A DNA stretch of 64,000 nt from Phoronis australis (lineage: Eukaryota > Animalia > Phoronida), in contig NMRA01000082.1 in the NCBI GenBank assembly GCA_002633005.1, positions 907,988-971,987 of the forward strand, in the 5' to 3' direction. The notes below the pieces were generated by a model that saw nothing but the letters and a program-made list of their open reading frames with translations, was not told where the DNA came from and made no database searches. The position numbers and the translations under genes were made by a program. This document shows, in pieces, positions 26,745 through 38,188 of the stretch (position 1 is the stretch's first letter; each line of letters opens with the position of its first letter).

Positions 26745-27050
26745 CACTAGCTTTCGGTCTCGTCTTGAGAGGCCTTCGTCGGGCGTAATGGCAGGTAACT
26801 GGAGCCTTGCCTGTGTCTGTTACATTATCATTCCTTGCGATGTAACCTCTGTAATAAATTTTGGTAGATGCAGGCAGGAAGATCGTAGCCCATCAGTTTC
26901 TATTGAGTGATGGAGCCTGCCAGTGGATTTCCATCACTTCATGAATCTTTGTGCACCGGTATTTGTTCTCTCAAGACGGTTACATTACACCAAATCAACA
27001 TGTCTTCTGATAATGCAACTATTTGGGTGAGAGGGAAGATACTGGTGCAG
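26745..27050 (-). mobile_element. Penelope-like retroelement 3' remnant (GIY-YIG endonuclease C-terminus plus decayed hammerhead)
   Basis: Minus-strand frameshifted peptides HVD/W.NVTVLRE...EVMEIHWQAPSLNRN*/GYDLPACIYQNLL match the Penelope GIY-YIG C-terminal pattern (W.nv.vL.rE...kEaieI...psLNRd.Gy.Lp..y..ll). They are followed by CCGACGAAGG...CCGAAAGCTAG. Confidence 0.65.
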
Positions 27051-27763
27051 AAACATAAAGTTGTGGAAATCCGCTGCAATGCACCAACTTCCCTCTGAAT
27101 AGAGACTTGGGTACGATCTTACCGCCGCCTACCTGAATTTATATCTGACGATCCGATCGACAGAGGTCACATTGTTTGACACATGCCATTGATGACGTAA
27201 GAGACACAGACGCTGTCCCAGTTACCCACCATTCCACCAGACAAAGGTCTCTAGATGAGACTGAAAGTTAATGGTTTCAGTAAACATCATGACTCCCAGG
27301 TAACTTTACATTACTCATATTCTAACGGAGTCAGTGACATGAATATTCATTCTACTTGCTGGCTACACATTTTTCTTAGTTGTATTGGACAGTTGCATGC
27401 AAAATTGTGTATCATAAATTAGAGTGTACTCACAGGGCTGGAGGCTCAGATCACAACAGTTGACTAATGTCCAAGAGTATCTTCTGATCTCTGGGAGTAC
27501 GAGACATTACATTTTAAAATTCACATATAACAGCCTTTGAAAAATGGAAAATGCCAATTTTGGCAATAATTTTTATGCAAAATAAGTGGATAATTATCGT
27601 ACTTCTTGAATCGGTAGTGTATAAATGTTTGTAAGAGAAACTCGATTAGAACAGCTGACAAAAGCTGGCTTCTAAGTGTCTTTACTGCAAATTGCCTGCT
27701 TTTCTCTAATCAAAATCCTGCACCCAACTGCATGATCATCAACCCGGCTCCACGATCCTAAAA

Positions 27764-27861
27764 TTACTTCCTGTACCACTTTTGTAGCTGGCCCATTCGT
27801 TTGATCTTTTTCTGTAACTGCAACACCCCGTATATCAGCGCCTCTGCCGTCGGTGGACAAC
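27764..27861 (-). CDS. NDUFS7: NDUFS7 paralog 1, exon 6 ([32 protein letters not shown])
   Basis: ttttccag|GT TGT CCA CCG...AAG TAA; canonical PSST C-terminus with the last N2 ligand in GCPP. Confidence 0.93.
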
Positions 27862-28564
27862 CTGGAAAACAAAAATTTTTTTGGAAATATCCCTCTTACA
27901 GTAATCTGTCCAGATTACGTCCTCTTAAATTTTATGACCACGAAAAATAATTCACCGTTATCAATTATTTTTTCTATAGAAAGTATGACCACTGAAAATT
28001 GGCACTCCGAGCCCTTTCTGTCAATAGGAACAATAATCACTTTGCGTGGTTCGAGCTTAGGGCAAACAAAATGCTCCTTGATGTGGATTTTACGTTACGG
28101 TAGTTTTTGAAACAATAAGCTCAGATTTGCTTGTGTCTGTTAAAAATGAATGCAAATATTAACATATTCGTTTTGTTTTAAAAGGGGAAAGTAATTATTT
28201 TTTGGGGTGTATTTTGGTGAAGTTACAATTTTCTACCGATCATAGATAAAGTTGATTGCATTATGTTTAGGAAGTTATTAAACAATGGAGGCTGAGTTGA
28301 CTAAAGTCGAATTAGAATTCTTATCCTATAGGTTTTATTACCCTTGTGGCGAGCACCTCATTTTTCATTACTCTTGTGACGGGCACCTTGTATTGTAAGT
28401 TTAGCTTAAAGAATTTTTTGAAAATGGTGTTATCTTTAATTGTCTAAGCAAATTCACTTCCAAACCCAACTTATATTGGTAATACGACATTGACATCACG
28501 TTTCTTTGACTGCATAGAGATATATACGTGACTTGTTAACAGTGACTAGCCCAGATATGCTCAC

Positions 28565-28700
28565 CTGGTACATAAATATCCACGGGTATCAGGCGGTCTA
28601 CACCCCGTACTACTGAGTAACTGTAATGGTAGTAACCCCCGCCGTTGGCACAGCTCCCCATTGAGATGACCCAGCGAGGCTCTGGCATTTGGTCAAACAG
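28565..28700 (-). CDS. NDUFS7: NDUFS7 paralog 1, exon 5 copy b ([45 protein letters not shown])
   Basis: tttttcag|CTG ... CCAG|gtgagc; 136 nt, phase 0-1. Confidence 0.85.
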
Positions 28701-29326
28701 CTGAAAAACAGGTACACATATGTAAAGCAAAATAAGGAATTTGTATTTTAACAAAACAACATAAGACTGCTGCTGTATAGTTAGTGTTGGTGAAATGTTC
28801 CAAAACCATGTACATGAACACAGGGGTGAAAGATTACCAGCTGATGCTGAAGCACAATTCAAGATGGAGTCATCACACCACATACTACTCCTTGCATCCA
28901 ACAGTAGTTTACTATGACACAATTGGGGTATCATTTGGGGTTACACATACAGCCAGTCAGCTCAAGGTCCAGGATCACTGAATTCAATGGGGATTGTGTT
29001 CAAATCTGGAAACTTGTACCTTTGTTTGATGATTGGGCGTTGGAAAAATTCCACCTGGCTTAGGTCAGTCATGAACACTTACATTCATTGCAATTAGAGT
29101 AGTTTTCACTAAATACAAAGTCAAGGATGGCCGAACTTATCAACAACTGTCAGGAACTTCATCAAGGTGATCATGAAAGTCCAAAAATAAATTTCACTAA
29201 TAAGGTCATTTCAATGAGAATAAGCTGAGAAATTTTTGGTTCTAAATTTCAAGAAGATTCGATACCGAGTGCCTGTCAATTTATGCTACTGTTGTGTTTA
29301 TAGTTCTAAACTTGTAAACACAAAAC

Positions 29327-29935
29327 NGTACTACTGAGTAACTGTAATGGTAGTACCCCCTGCCGTTAGCAGCAGTGACTAACCCAAATATTAATATACT
29401 CACCTGGTACATATATATCCACGGGTATCAGTCGGTCTACACCCCGTACTACTGAGTAACTGTAATGGTAGTACCCCCCGCCATTAGCAGTGACTAACCC
29501 AAATATTAATATACTCACCTGGTACATAAATATCCACGGGTATGAGTCGGTCTACACCCCGTACTACTGAGTAACTGTAATGGTAGTACCCCCTGCCGTT
29601 AGCAGCAGTGACTAACCCAAATATTAATATACTCACCTGGTACATATATATCCACGGGTATCAGTCGGTCTACACCCCGTACTACTGAGTAACTGTAATG
29701 GTAGTACCCCCCGCCATTAGCAGTGACTAACCCAAATATTAATATACTCACCTGGTACATAAATATCCACGGGTATGAGTCGGTCTACACCCCGTACTAC
29801 TGAGTAACTGTAATGGTAGTACCCCCTGCCGTTAGCAGCAGTGACTAACCCAAATATTAATATACTCACCTGGTACATATATATCCACGGGTATCAGTCG
29901 GTCTACACCCCGTACTACTGAGTAACTGTAATGGT
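29327..29935 (-). repeat. Minisatellite of alternating 118/115-bp units, each consisting of the 3' two-thirds of NDUFS7 exon 5, its splice donor and about 35 nt of intron
   Basis: cgtactactgag recurs at 29327, 29445, 29560, 29678, 29793 and 29911 (spacings 118, 115, 118, 115, 118). Confidence 0.92.
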
Positions 29936-30005
29936 AGTAACCCCCGCCGTTGGCACAGCTCCCCATTGAGATGACCCAGCGAGGCTCTGGCATTTGGTCA
30001 AACAG
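29870..30005 (-). CDS. NDUFS7: NDUFS7 paralog 1, exon 5 copy a (same peptide as copy b)
   Basis: tttttcag|CTG ... CCAG|gtgagt; 136 nt. Confidence 0.8.
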
Positions 30006-31046
30006 CTGAAAAACAGGTACACATCTATAAAGCAAAATAAGGAATTTGCATTTTAACAAAACAACACAAGACTGCTGCTGTATGGTTAGTGTTGGTGAAA
30101 TGTTCCAAAACCATGAACACACAGGTGAAAGATTACCAGCTGATGCTGAAGCACAATTCAAGATGGAGTCATCACACCACATACTACTCCTTGCATCCAA
30201 CACTAGTTTACTGTGACACAGTTGGGGTATCATTTGGGATTACACATACAGTCAGTCAGCTCAAGGTCCAGGGTCACTGAATTCAATGGGGATTGTGTTC
30301 AAATCAGGAAACTTGTACCTTTGTTTGATGATTGGGCGTTGGAAAAATTCCACCTGGCCTAGGTCAGTCATGAACACTTACATTCATTGCAATTAGAGTA
30401 GTTTTCACTGAATACCAAGTCAAGGATGATCGAACTTGTCAACAACTGTCAGGAACTTCATCAAGGTGATCATGAAAGTCCAAAAATAAATTTCACTAAT
30501 AAGGTCATTTCAATGAGAATAAGCTAAAATTTTTGGTGCTAAATTTCAAGAAGTTTTGATACTGAATGCCTGTCAATTTATGCTACGGTTGTGTTTATAG
30601 TTCTAAATTTGTAAACACAAAACTGCTGTTACACACAGGTTTTCTACAGACAAGCTCTGGGTGTTTTGAAAAACATTAGTTTAAGGGCCTATATGTTGAC
30701 GTGACGAATACTATCAAATCAGTGTAGTGGACATGAAAGTTAAAACTGGGGAGACAATACACAACACATATCAATATACTGGTGTTCCTACATGTATTTT
30801 CTTGCTGAAAATTTATTTTAGTTACACTTTCGCCGTTCATTTCCTATAAAATTGGGGACAGTTTCAGAATACATGCATTCTTTTTTCCGAATAGATGCAC
30901 TGAGTGCATAAGCAGACTTTTCTCATTATTTATGTACACAGAAAACTGCTTGCATAATCAAGTTATTTGACCAATTCGACCACTTTCACAGTTAAATTGC
31001 CCATGTCTGGAGTTACCATCTCTAACTGAACAGGGTACAGTATCAC

Positions 31047-31226
31047 CTTTCTGACAGCAGGTGCCATCTTGTTGGTGACAGTGCCCGCGACAATCATACA
31101 GTCGGCTTGACGAGGACTGGCCCTGAACACTACACCATAACGGTCCATGTCGTAGCGTGGTGCCGCCATATGCATCATCTCAATAGCACAACAGGCTGTG
31201 CCAAACGTCAGTGGATAGATGGAGCT
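31047..31226 (-). CDS. NDUFS7: NDUFS7 paralog 1, exon 4 ([60 protein letters not shown])
   Basis: tttctcag|AGC ... AAG|gtgata; 180 nt; tandem CC N2 ligands and RASPRQ motif of PSST/NuoB. Confidence 0.95.
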
Positions 31227-31717
31227 CTGAGAAATAAAAGAGCAGCAAGTTCAGACATCAACACACAATGATTCCATTCCAATAGAACTGTCTGAGTTAC
31301 ACAATGACACTTGAATCCTGCAGTATTTATCCTCAATGCTGAAACATCCGCCAAGTGGAGAATAGCCTCAAGTTCATGCCATTGTAATTTCTCTTATTTG
31401 TTGGTGCCTTGCTTTTTCAAGTTTTTCTCGTCTGCATTGACCTTCCAATGCCAGTGGAAGTTTTACTGCAGCTGTGCTGTGGGCTGAAACTCCAATCGCG
31501 AAAGTTCTATCCATTAAATGAGAAGTATTCGTGGATGCACTAGTTTCCGAAACGATTCCTTAGAATCAGCCAAACATTCAACAAGGCTGATAAACAATGT
31601 GTACGCCAAGGCAAAGGAAATTTCTATGCAGGACCTTTTCTACTGCCCTCCATTAAATGTTTATAAATGTTTACACCATAACCTTTACGAATCTACAAAA
31701 AATAAAAGTATACAAAC

Positions 31718-31877
31718 CTTCCTTGCCCAGTTGAGCAGGTCATCAAGTCTGATGACCGCATACTCCGCCCAGGTGGTTTTTTCATCCACAGGAAATGGTG
31801 AATATGGTTTCCGTTTGACCAGGTTTCCGCTCTCTGTCTGAGTACTGTTGTCCCGACTACATGTAGTTACAAGTTGC
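31718..31877 (-). CDS. NDUFS7: NDUFS7 paralog 1, exon 3 (...KRKPYSPFPVDEKTTWAEYAVIRLDDLLNWARK)
   Basis: ttttcccag|G CAA ... AAG|gtttgt; 160 nt, phase 2-0; LDDL.NWAR motif. Confidence 0.9.
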
Positions 31878-34358
31878 CTGGGAAAAGTATGGAGTCTCAT
31901 CAAATCATTCAACAGCAAGACTCAAAACGGAAGTAAAAAGTACGGTAAAACGCTCACATTTTATGACAAAAATAATTTTCAAAATTGTACGATTTCATGT
32001 TTCAAGGGGTTACGTAATATTGTTATGAATAATTTTTCAAAATATTTCACAATGGTGGCTGTGGTTCAGAACTTGAACGCGATAAATCATTAACTTGGTG
32101 CAAGATATCTTTTGGCAAAAGTGAGCTGACGTGAGTGTACAATAATTCAGTGATTGACCTGTGTCCACCAACAATTGACGAGATTTCAATGTACATACCC
32201 TTTAGCTATTTTCATCAACTATCTCAACAAAAACAAATTGCACAACTCAATTATTCGTAACACATGATACAGTGGAGGCTGCAGTCATTTTATTATTAAG
32301 AGATAAGTTGCTCAACACAATACAATGATTGGCTTGAGGTTATCTGAAACCTCATTTAGTGACCATTCTAACCAGGCTATGTCAACTAGCAAAGAAAAAA
32401 GAGCAGGGATTATTAAAAACATGTTTTATAGTTATGTGAAATAACTAACCCTTTTAAAGTCGAAATTTCACTTTTTAAGAACCGTGCATTCATTGCAAAA
32501 TAACCACTTGGTCAGTTTTAATGAAACTCATTTTAAAAGAAAACTTCATAATTCAGCTCAAAAGTGATGTTAGGAATTTTCAGTTACTCATTTAGTTTTT
32601 TTTTATGTCAAATTAATTTAGCAAAACATAGTTTTGCAAAAAAACAGTAGTGGTATTCATCCCTTATGGCACGCAAAAACGAGGCATTTCAAAAGAAAAT
32701 CCTAACAGGGTTTTTGAGATGGATGAATAAAAATTAAAATACGGAAGTTTCAGTTAAATTCACTGAACCGTTTTCGGGAAACCTGTTCCTCAGTTAAAAT
32801 CAAGTTGATTTGCTGAAGCCAGTAAAAATCGGAAATGTCATCGGCCTCCAAAATGCTTCGGTTATCAAGTAATTACATGTTGAAAACTTGTTTTTGGTCA
32901 ATATAACCTATACCTTACATGCCTTAACCATTTTTGCTATTTCAACATTTACTCACGTCAACTGAAGTTAACTTAATAATCACTAAAACGTTTTAATTTT
33001 GTGAATGTGCCTCGAGTCTAACTAGGACAAAGGCGGGGCCAGTTAAATAGGTCAACAGATCATTGTGGTAGACACCACCGTGACGTGCTGAGATAGATAT
33101 CAATAAATCACGTACAAAGTGGACAAGATCGAAACAGTGGAATTTCAATTCACTGATCAAATTAATGAATTTGGGTGAGGTTTTGTCTTTTTTTCAAAAC
33201 CTGGACGCATTGCATTCATTCTAAATGTTCGTATGCATGCAAACACACAACTTCCTCAGGATCAAAACTGTAATCTGTCTTCATGTTCCGCGGCATCTTT
33301 CTATGCAATATACACCTCGTTCACTCGATATTCGTTGCGGCAATTCAGGGAATGAAGGGACTGAGGGTATAATGACCTGTATAGTAAGAACTGCTGTGCT
33401 TGGCAGTTTCGATTTGAGTGACAGCCTTGTGACCTTTGAACTCGAATAAGTAGTAAACAAATTTCCACGTGCCGGTTCAGGCGATTCGGCTAAATCTTTT
33501 TTCTCGCTACATGAAGATAAGGTATTTTACTAGAGATATTTGGAATGTTGTAAAAAAGGCGAATTTTTGTGAAAAAGGTTTGAAATATATCCTTAAGCTT
33601 AAATGTTCCAATGCAGCTGAACATTGGCAGTCTTTAGTGTTGGGCCAGTCCTTCTCTCTGTGCTATCAATTATTTTTCTAATTTCAGTAGTATCTCACGG
33701 ATTTCTAAATAAGCATTTTGAACAAATGCAAATGCTAATGTATGCAGCTCATAAATTATGCAAATGAGATCCCTGAATTCCTGAGCACTGTCAAATTTTT
33801 GCCAGATTGCACATTTCTCGATTTCCCAAATCAATTAAGAGACACTTACTGTTGTTAACTTCATAAACAATGTCCACATATTTGCAACTTTTACCAAGAC
33901 CAGTACTTAAGTCATAGCTGCAGGGTTAACCCGAGTTGTGCTGGCAAATGGTAGGGTTTGAAATAGGAATAAATTAATATCTATGTGGTGACAGTGATGC
34001 TGTACAATTACACAAAATAACAATTTGAAGAGCATTGATAGCCAAACACCAGTTTCTAATCATTGTACATGTATGAGGTTTATGAGTAAGTATAACCAGA
34101 ATTTGAAATAGGCCTGCTGAGATTTTCCAAGATGTACATCAAGGAAATGGCAATGTTTTACCTTTACAGTACCACGACGTAAGCCGGGACTTATATTTGG
34201 AAAACGAATGCCCACTAAAAAGAAAATTTGTCATAAAAGATGCAAATCTGACTGGGGTCATGATTACTGATATGTATCAGCGTACAGCAAATTCCTGATG
34301 AATTGCTGACGTGTTTTTATACAAAAGTGTGTTAGATGCTGGTGAGGGTCTCACTTGC

Positions 34359-34473
34359 CTGTTCTCTTTCCCCAAGCTGGCTGACTTAGGGTGTACGTTT
34401 TGTGATGATATGGCAGACGTGCTTCCCTGAAAAATTTGTGCTGGCCTGAGGCAAGCATGCACCTTGGAAAATA
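34359..34473 (-). CDS. NDUFS7: NDUFS7 paralog 1, exon 2 (transit peptide, IFSKVHACLRPAQIFQG...LGKEN), ending at a GC donor
   Basis: gtttcag|TATTTTCCAAG matches the start of paralog 2 exon 2 (atttcag|TATTCTCCAAG). AG|gcaagt is the donor here that gives the required phase 2. Confidence 0.72.
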
Positions 34474-35342
34474 CTGAAACAGAAGTTAGACAAAGAGGTC
34501 AACTGGGGCTCAACTTCAACACAAGGAAAGTAACAGAATTAAGATTCGTGTGGCTGCTTGTATAGACTTTGAAACAAAAAGCACAACTATTTGTATTTTA
34601 AACCTGAGACAAGTTTCGTTGCAATTTATTTGTTTTCATGTTTTTGAAGTGTGGACAACGGTAAATGTGCTGGTGAGCTTGTTAATTACATTGAAGCCAT
34701 CAGCAACTCAAGGAGGACAGGTTAGGCTTGGCCTACCCTAAAATTGTGAATTCAAAAATGTCACGTGTAGACATTGCCTGTGACCTGACATGGTAACAGA
34801 TGTCACGGTATACTTAACTGATTTTCATGTGGTGTGAAAATGCAGCAAGGTAAAAATTAATGCATACATAAAAATATATATGATTACATTAAAAAAATCT
34901 TGCTATGGCAATTTCTAAATACTCATCAATTTTATAGGTTAGTGGAAACTAAGTTGAAAGAGACTGGTCTGCACCAGTGATGGCAAACTACATTTTCTTT
35001 CATTCCAACTTTCATGTGGTTACATGACTGCAAGCAAGCGTTGTAGGGCTTGCATACAGCACACAACAAATATTTCACTTTTTTACTTTTTAAGTGGAAA
35101 ACTCCATGTAATATAGTTAAAAATTACATAGCTTTTTACACTGATATGTTTTCTCATCAGATAATCATTACCTGGCCTAATAACTTGGAACTTGTTGTAC
35201 ATTTTTGTCACTCTTTAGAAACTTTTACAGTGAACATTGGTGTACATTGTTGGCAGTTAGATGGCGCTAGTTAACAATGTCCTTGAGACCTTTGATGCGA
35301 CCTTGGCGATCACAACAAATCAAAACCGCTTGGTTTACTTAC

Positions 35343-35358
35343 TTGATTTCGAAAACAT
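35343..35358 (-). CDS. NDUFS7: NDUFS7 paralog 1, first coding exon (MFSKS, 16 nt); full CDS 705 nt / 234 aa
   Basis: ATG TTT TCG AAA TCA A|gtaagt; parallels paralog 2 MFSRSST; phases chain correctly through all exons. Confidence 0.78.
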
Positions 35359-35656
35359 CGCGACAGTTCCTCGATAAATAAGTGCCAATATCTCTCATTT
35401 GATGCGTCCGCACTCCTATGCAATCAAAGTGTAACCGTGTACGTATTTCTCCGATGAAAAGTGAGATTCTGAGGCCGGGATTCCGGACCCGAACTTGCGC
35501 CAAAGACGAAGTCGCCTGCAGACGATTTTCTAGCTTTTTGTGATTATATAATCACGCTTTTCAGCGCAATTGCATCACAGCTGTCGTGTTCAGTAGCAGG
35601 TATCGAGAATTAATCAGTAGACGGAAATCCAGAGCTTCGCCATTGAAACCTGTGAA

Positions 35657-35739
35657 TGTGACACGGCCTGAAATATCCTGGCCTTGTTATCTGTGCAAGG
35701 CGTGAATGTTTGACCTAAAAAAACAACACCAGTCACGTG
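35657..35739. promoter_or_regulatory. Conserved upstream module of NDUFS7 paralog 1 (TGACCT nuclear-receptor half-site and GTCACGTG E-box)
   Basis: tgtgacac..ctgaa, ttgttatc, gtttgacctaa and cagtcacgtg occur in the same order and at about the same distance from the ATG at 57318-57410 in paralog 2. Confidence 0.55.
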
Positions 35740-37508
35740 TGCCAGGTTTAGTTGCACTATGCATTCTCTAATCTGCTGTCATCAAAATTTTGTTTTAGCG
35801 CACGTAATCTTTTGCATGTGAATATGCGTCATCGGAATTGAAATTGGTGCGCATGTACAAAACGCGCCAAAATTAAAAGCCGCGCATATGCAAGAACCAT
35901 TTGAGAATAAATATGCTTGATAGGTGCACACCATAACTGAGCTTTCGAATATTGTCAGTTATTTGGCTCGTGGAATGTAATCCCTAGAATTTTGCGAGTG
36001 ATAGGTCTATTCGATTGGTTAGTATGGCGTCATTTTCACACTTTGGATCCAGTGAAATAAAATTGAAATGCTCAAATTTTAATTTTAATATTACTGTTTT
36101 TAAAAAAACAGTAATATTTATTAGGCGAGAATTAGGTAGCGTTGTAAATTACTTGGCTAAATTTCTAAAAGCTTGTTATTGAGACACCCCCTTGAATGTA
36201 TTTTCCAACCTTCAATTTCCTTGATATCCCTTAGCCCACCTAACCGTTGATCGCGGGTACTTGAACAATATTACTCAAAAACAAGACGGAGGCTCTTGAT
36301 CGTAGGAAGGTAAAAAGTATTTGGGGTGGGAGTGGGTCACAAATTCGACATCTGTTTTAACGCTTTTGAACACCCCCTCCTCCCGACAGCCGACTTAATC
36401 TAAGGTGTGACATGAAAGTACGAATTGCATGAACTAAGCTACCACTCGCTGGTCAGATCAGGTATCATTCACTTGAGACTGGCAGCTCAGCCCGTACCAA
36501 TCCGTTTTGTGCTAGCTAACCCGGTCCAGTTTGGGCAAAGTTAATTTTATTAGGGTAATTTTTTGACTGTACTTGTATATATTGAAAGAGTGAGGTTCCG
36601 GGGTTCATATATACTGCCCTTAGGACTGGGACTAATGATACGCAGAGTGTCCCAAAAATGTACTTTTCAGCACGTCGGGAATTTAAATTCTGTTCCAGTG
36701 GATCAGATTCTACACCCGGTCCTTCTGTTTGGTTACAAAGTCAGCGTGTTATCTGTAACCTGTTCTGTATGCACGGGAATGACAAATAAACCACTCAGAT
36801 TTCGAGAACGAAACTTTATTTCTAGAAAGTAAAAAACACCAAGGAAGTACAAAGACTGTGATTTAAAATCTTCGCATGTTAATGAGTGATGCATTGAATT
36901 TGACTTAAAAGACTTGTGTCCTTTTGGAAATCCTGTTTGTCAGTTAAACCACTAATCTTATTCCTTAGTCAATAACAATGCTTTTATTGTCATTTGAATT
37001 GTGATTAATTTAGACACCCTGTGCAACTGTCCCAATAGCATAGTTTCATTACTTCAGATAGGCAACCGTCTAGTTTACTTTGCTATAAGCCTACGGGATC
37101 GGATGATACAGATTTTAACTACTTCGGCCTGCAACTCAGTCCAGTTCTTACAAGATTAGGTTCTAATTGTCAAAAAGTATCTACAAATCATAGTTTTTGT
37201 TTAAGAAAGCAAAATACTACGAGCAGTTTTCGAAAGCATTCATGGCGAGTGACCGTGTCATAACTGTAGAGTAGCAGTTGCATGAAGTCTGCTTTTCGGA
37301 CGACTGAAATGCCAGCTAGTGCTGTCTCATTAGTTTTAATCGTGATGCTCTTGAATACATAGCATATACCCGGTACATATTTTCAGTGCAAGCTGTTGCT
37401 CCTTTAATCTCTCTCTTTAAGGTTGAGGCCTTATGGGCTACCCTGTGCATTTAATGAAATATCTACAAAAGTGTAGATTGTAAGTGTGTACATTATTTTC
37501 TGAACGTG

Positions 37509-38188
37509 TGTCAGTCTGTTCTTAGTTTTATCTTGTTATACTGTTTAGTTTGTGTTATTGATTGGCATGACCCCTGATTTCAGTACAGTGATGATGTAAT
37601 TTGTTTACTACAGCATAGTGTGGAAGTTTCTAGAAGACTATAGCATGACGGTGATTAATGCAGTCTGGAATATACTGGAGACTAGTACATGTTTGTAGAA
37701 TGATTGGGTAGCTTTCAGAAACTTCTGGCATGTGCTTGAATTGGTGAAAAGTTTTAGAACATTGCATTAGTCTATAAATACACAAGCACGGGTTTGTATT
37801 AGTCAGTTAAGCAGTTCAGCAGTCGGAGTAAAGCGGTTAACAGTTGTACAGTTGAGAGGATTACAGTTGAGTTGCAGTGAAGAGAATCAGCAGTTACAGC
37901 GATAATCAATAGAGAGTCAGCTACAAAGACAGCAGGTTATTGAATCGACGAGTGTAACAGTAACTGAACGTGTCTCAGAAGTTCATCACAAGTCAAGGCT
38001 TCACAGCACTGACTGGAGCGTAGAACAGACATTACGTCGAACATTTTGTTTGAGTAGGCTTGTGGACGTGCGCTCGACATAATAAAAGGATTAACTCGAA
38101 CCAATCTTCAGTCTATCGTCGCACCGAAAGCTATTAGCACCGGTCTGTAGCAACCTGCTGTAACCCACACAAGGGGAAAAACGTGACA
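37509..38188 (+). mobile_element. Solo LTR (about 680 bp)
   Basis: Ends TGTCA...TGACA, flanked by acgtg/acgta (5-bp TSD, 1 mismatch). Internal TATAAATA (about 37773), a CAGT-rich stretch and AATAAA (38081) lie in LTR order; no internal coding region. Confidence 0.6.

Noticed and set aside
29327-29935. Regularly spaced repeats superficially like a CRISPR array
   Set aside because: Units are fully repeated with no unique spacers, derive from a spliceosomal exon, and sit in a eukaryotic context with no cas genes.
34162-34214. Candidate 53-nt NDUFS7 exon (ttttag|TGGGC...AAG|gtaaaa)
   Set aside because: No phase combination joins it to exons 1-3 without stops or a frameshift, and it has no counterpart in paralog 2.
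34463-34473. Apparent 11-nt micro-exon TATTTTCCAAG|gt conserved in both paralogs
   Set aside because: Ends in phase 0, incompatible with exon 3; it is simply the conserved start of the longer exon 2.
36087-36118. AT-rich palindrome aatattactgttttt-aa-aaaaacagtaatatt
   Set aside because: Low-complexity AT-rich inverted repeat with no associated feature.
36643-37021. Possible Tc1/mariner-type MITE (cagagtgtccc ... agacaccctg)
   Set aside because: TIR match is short and imperfect, and no clean TA target duplication is present.
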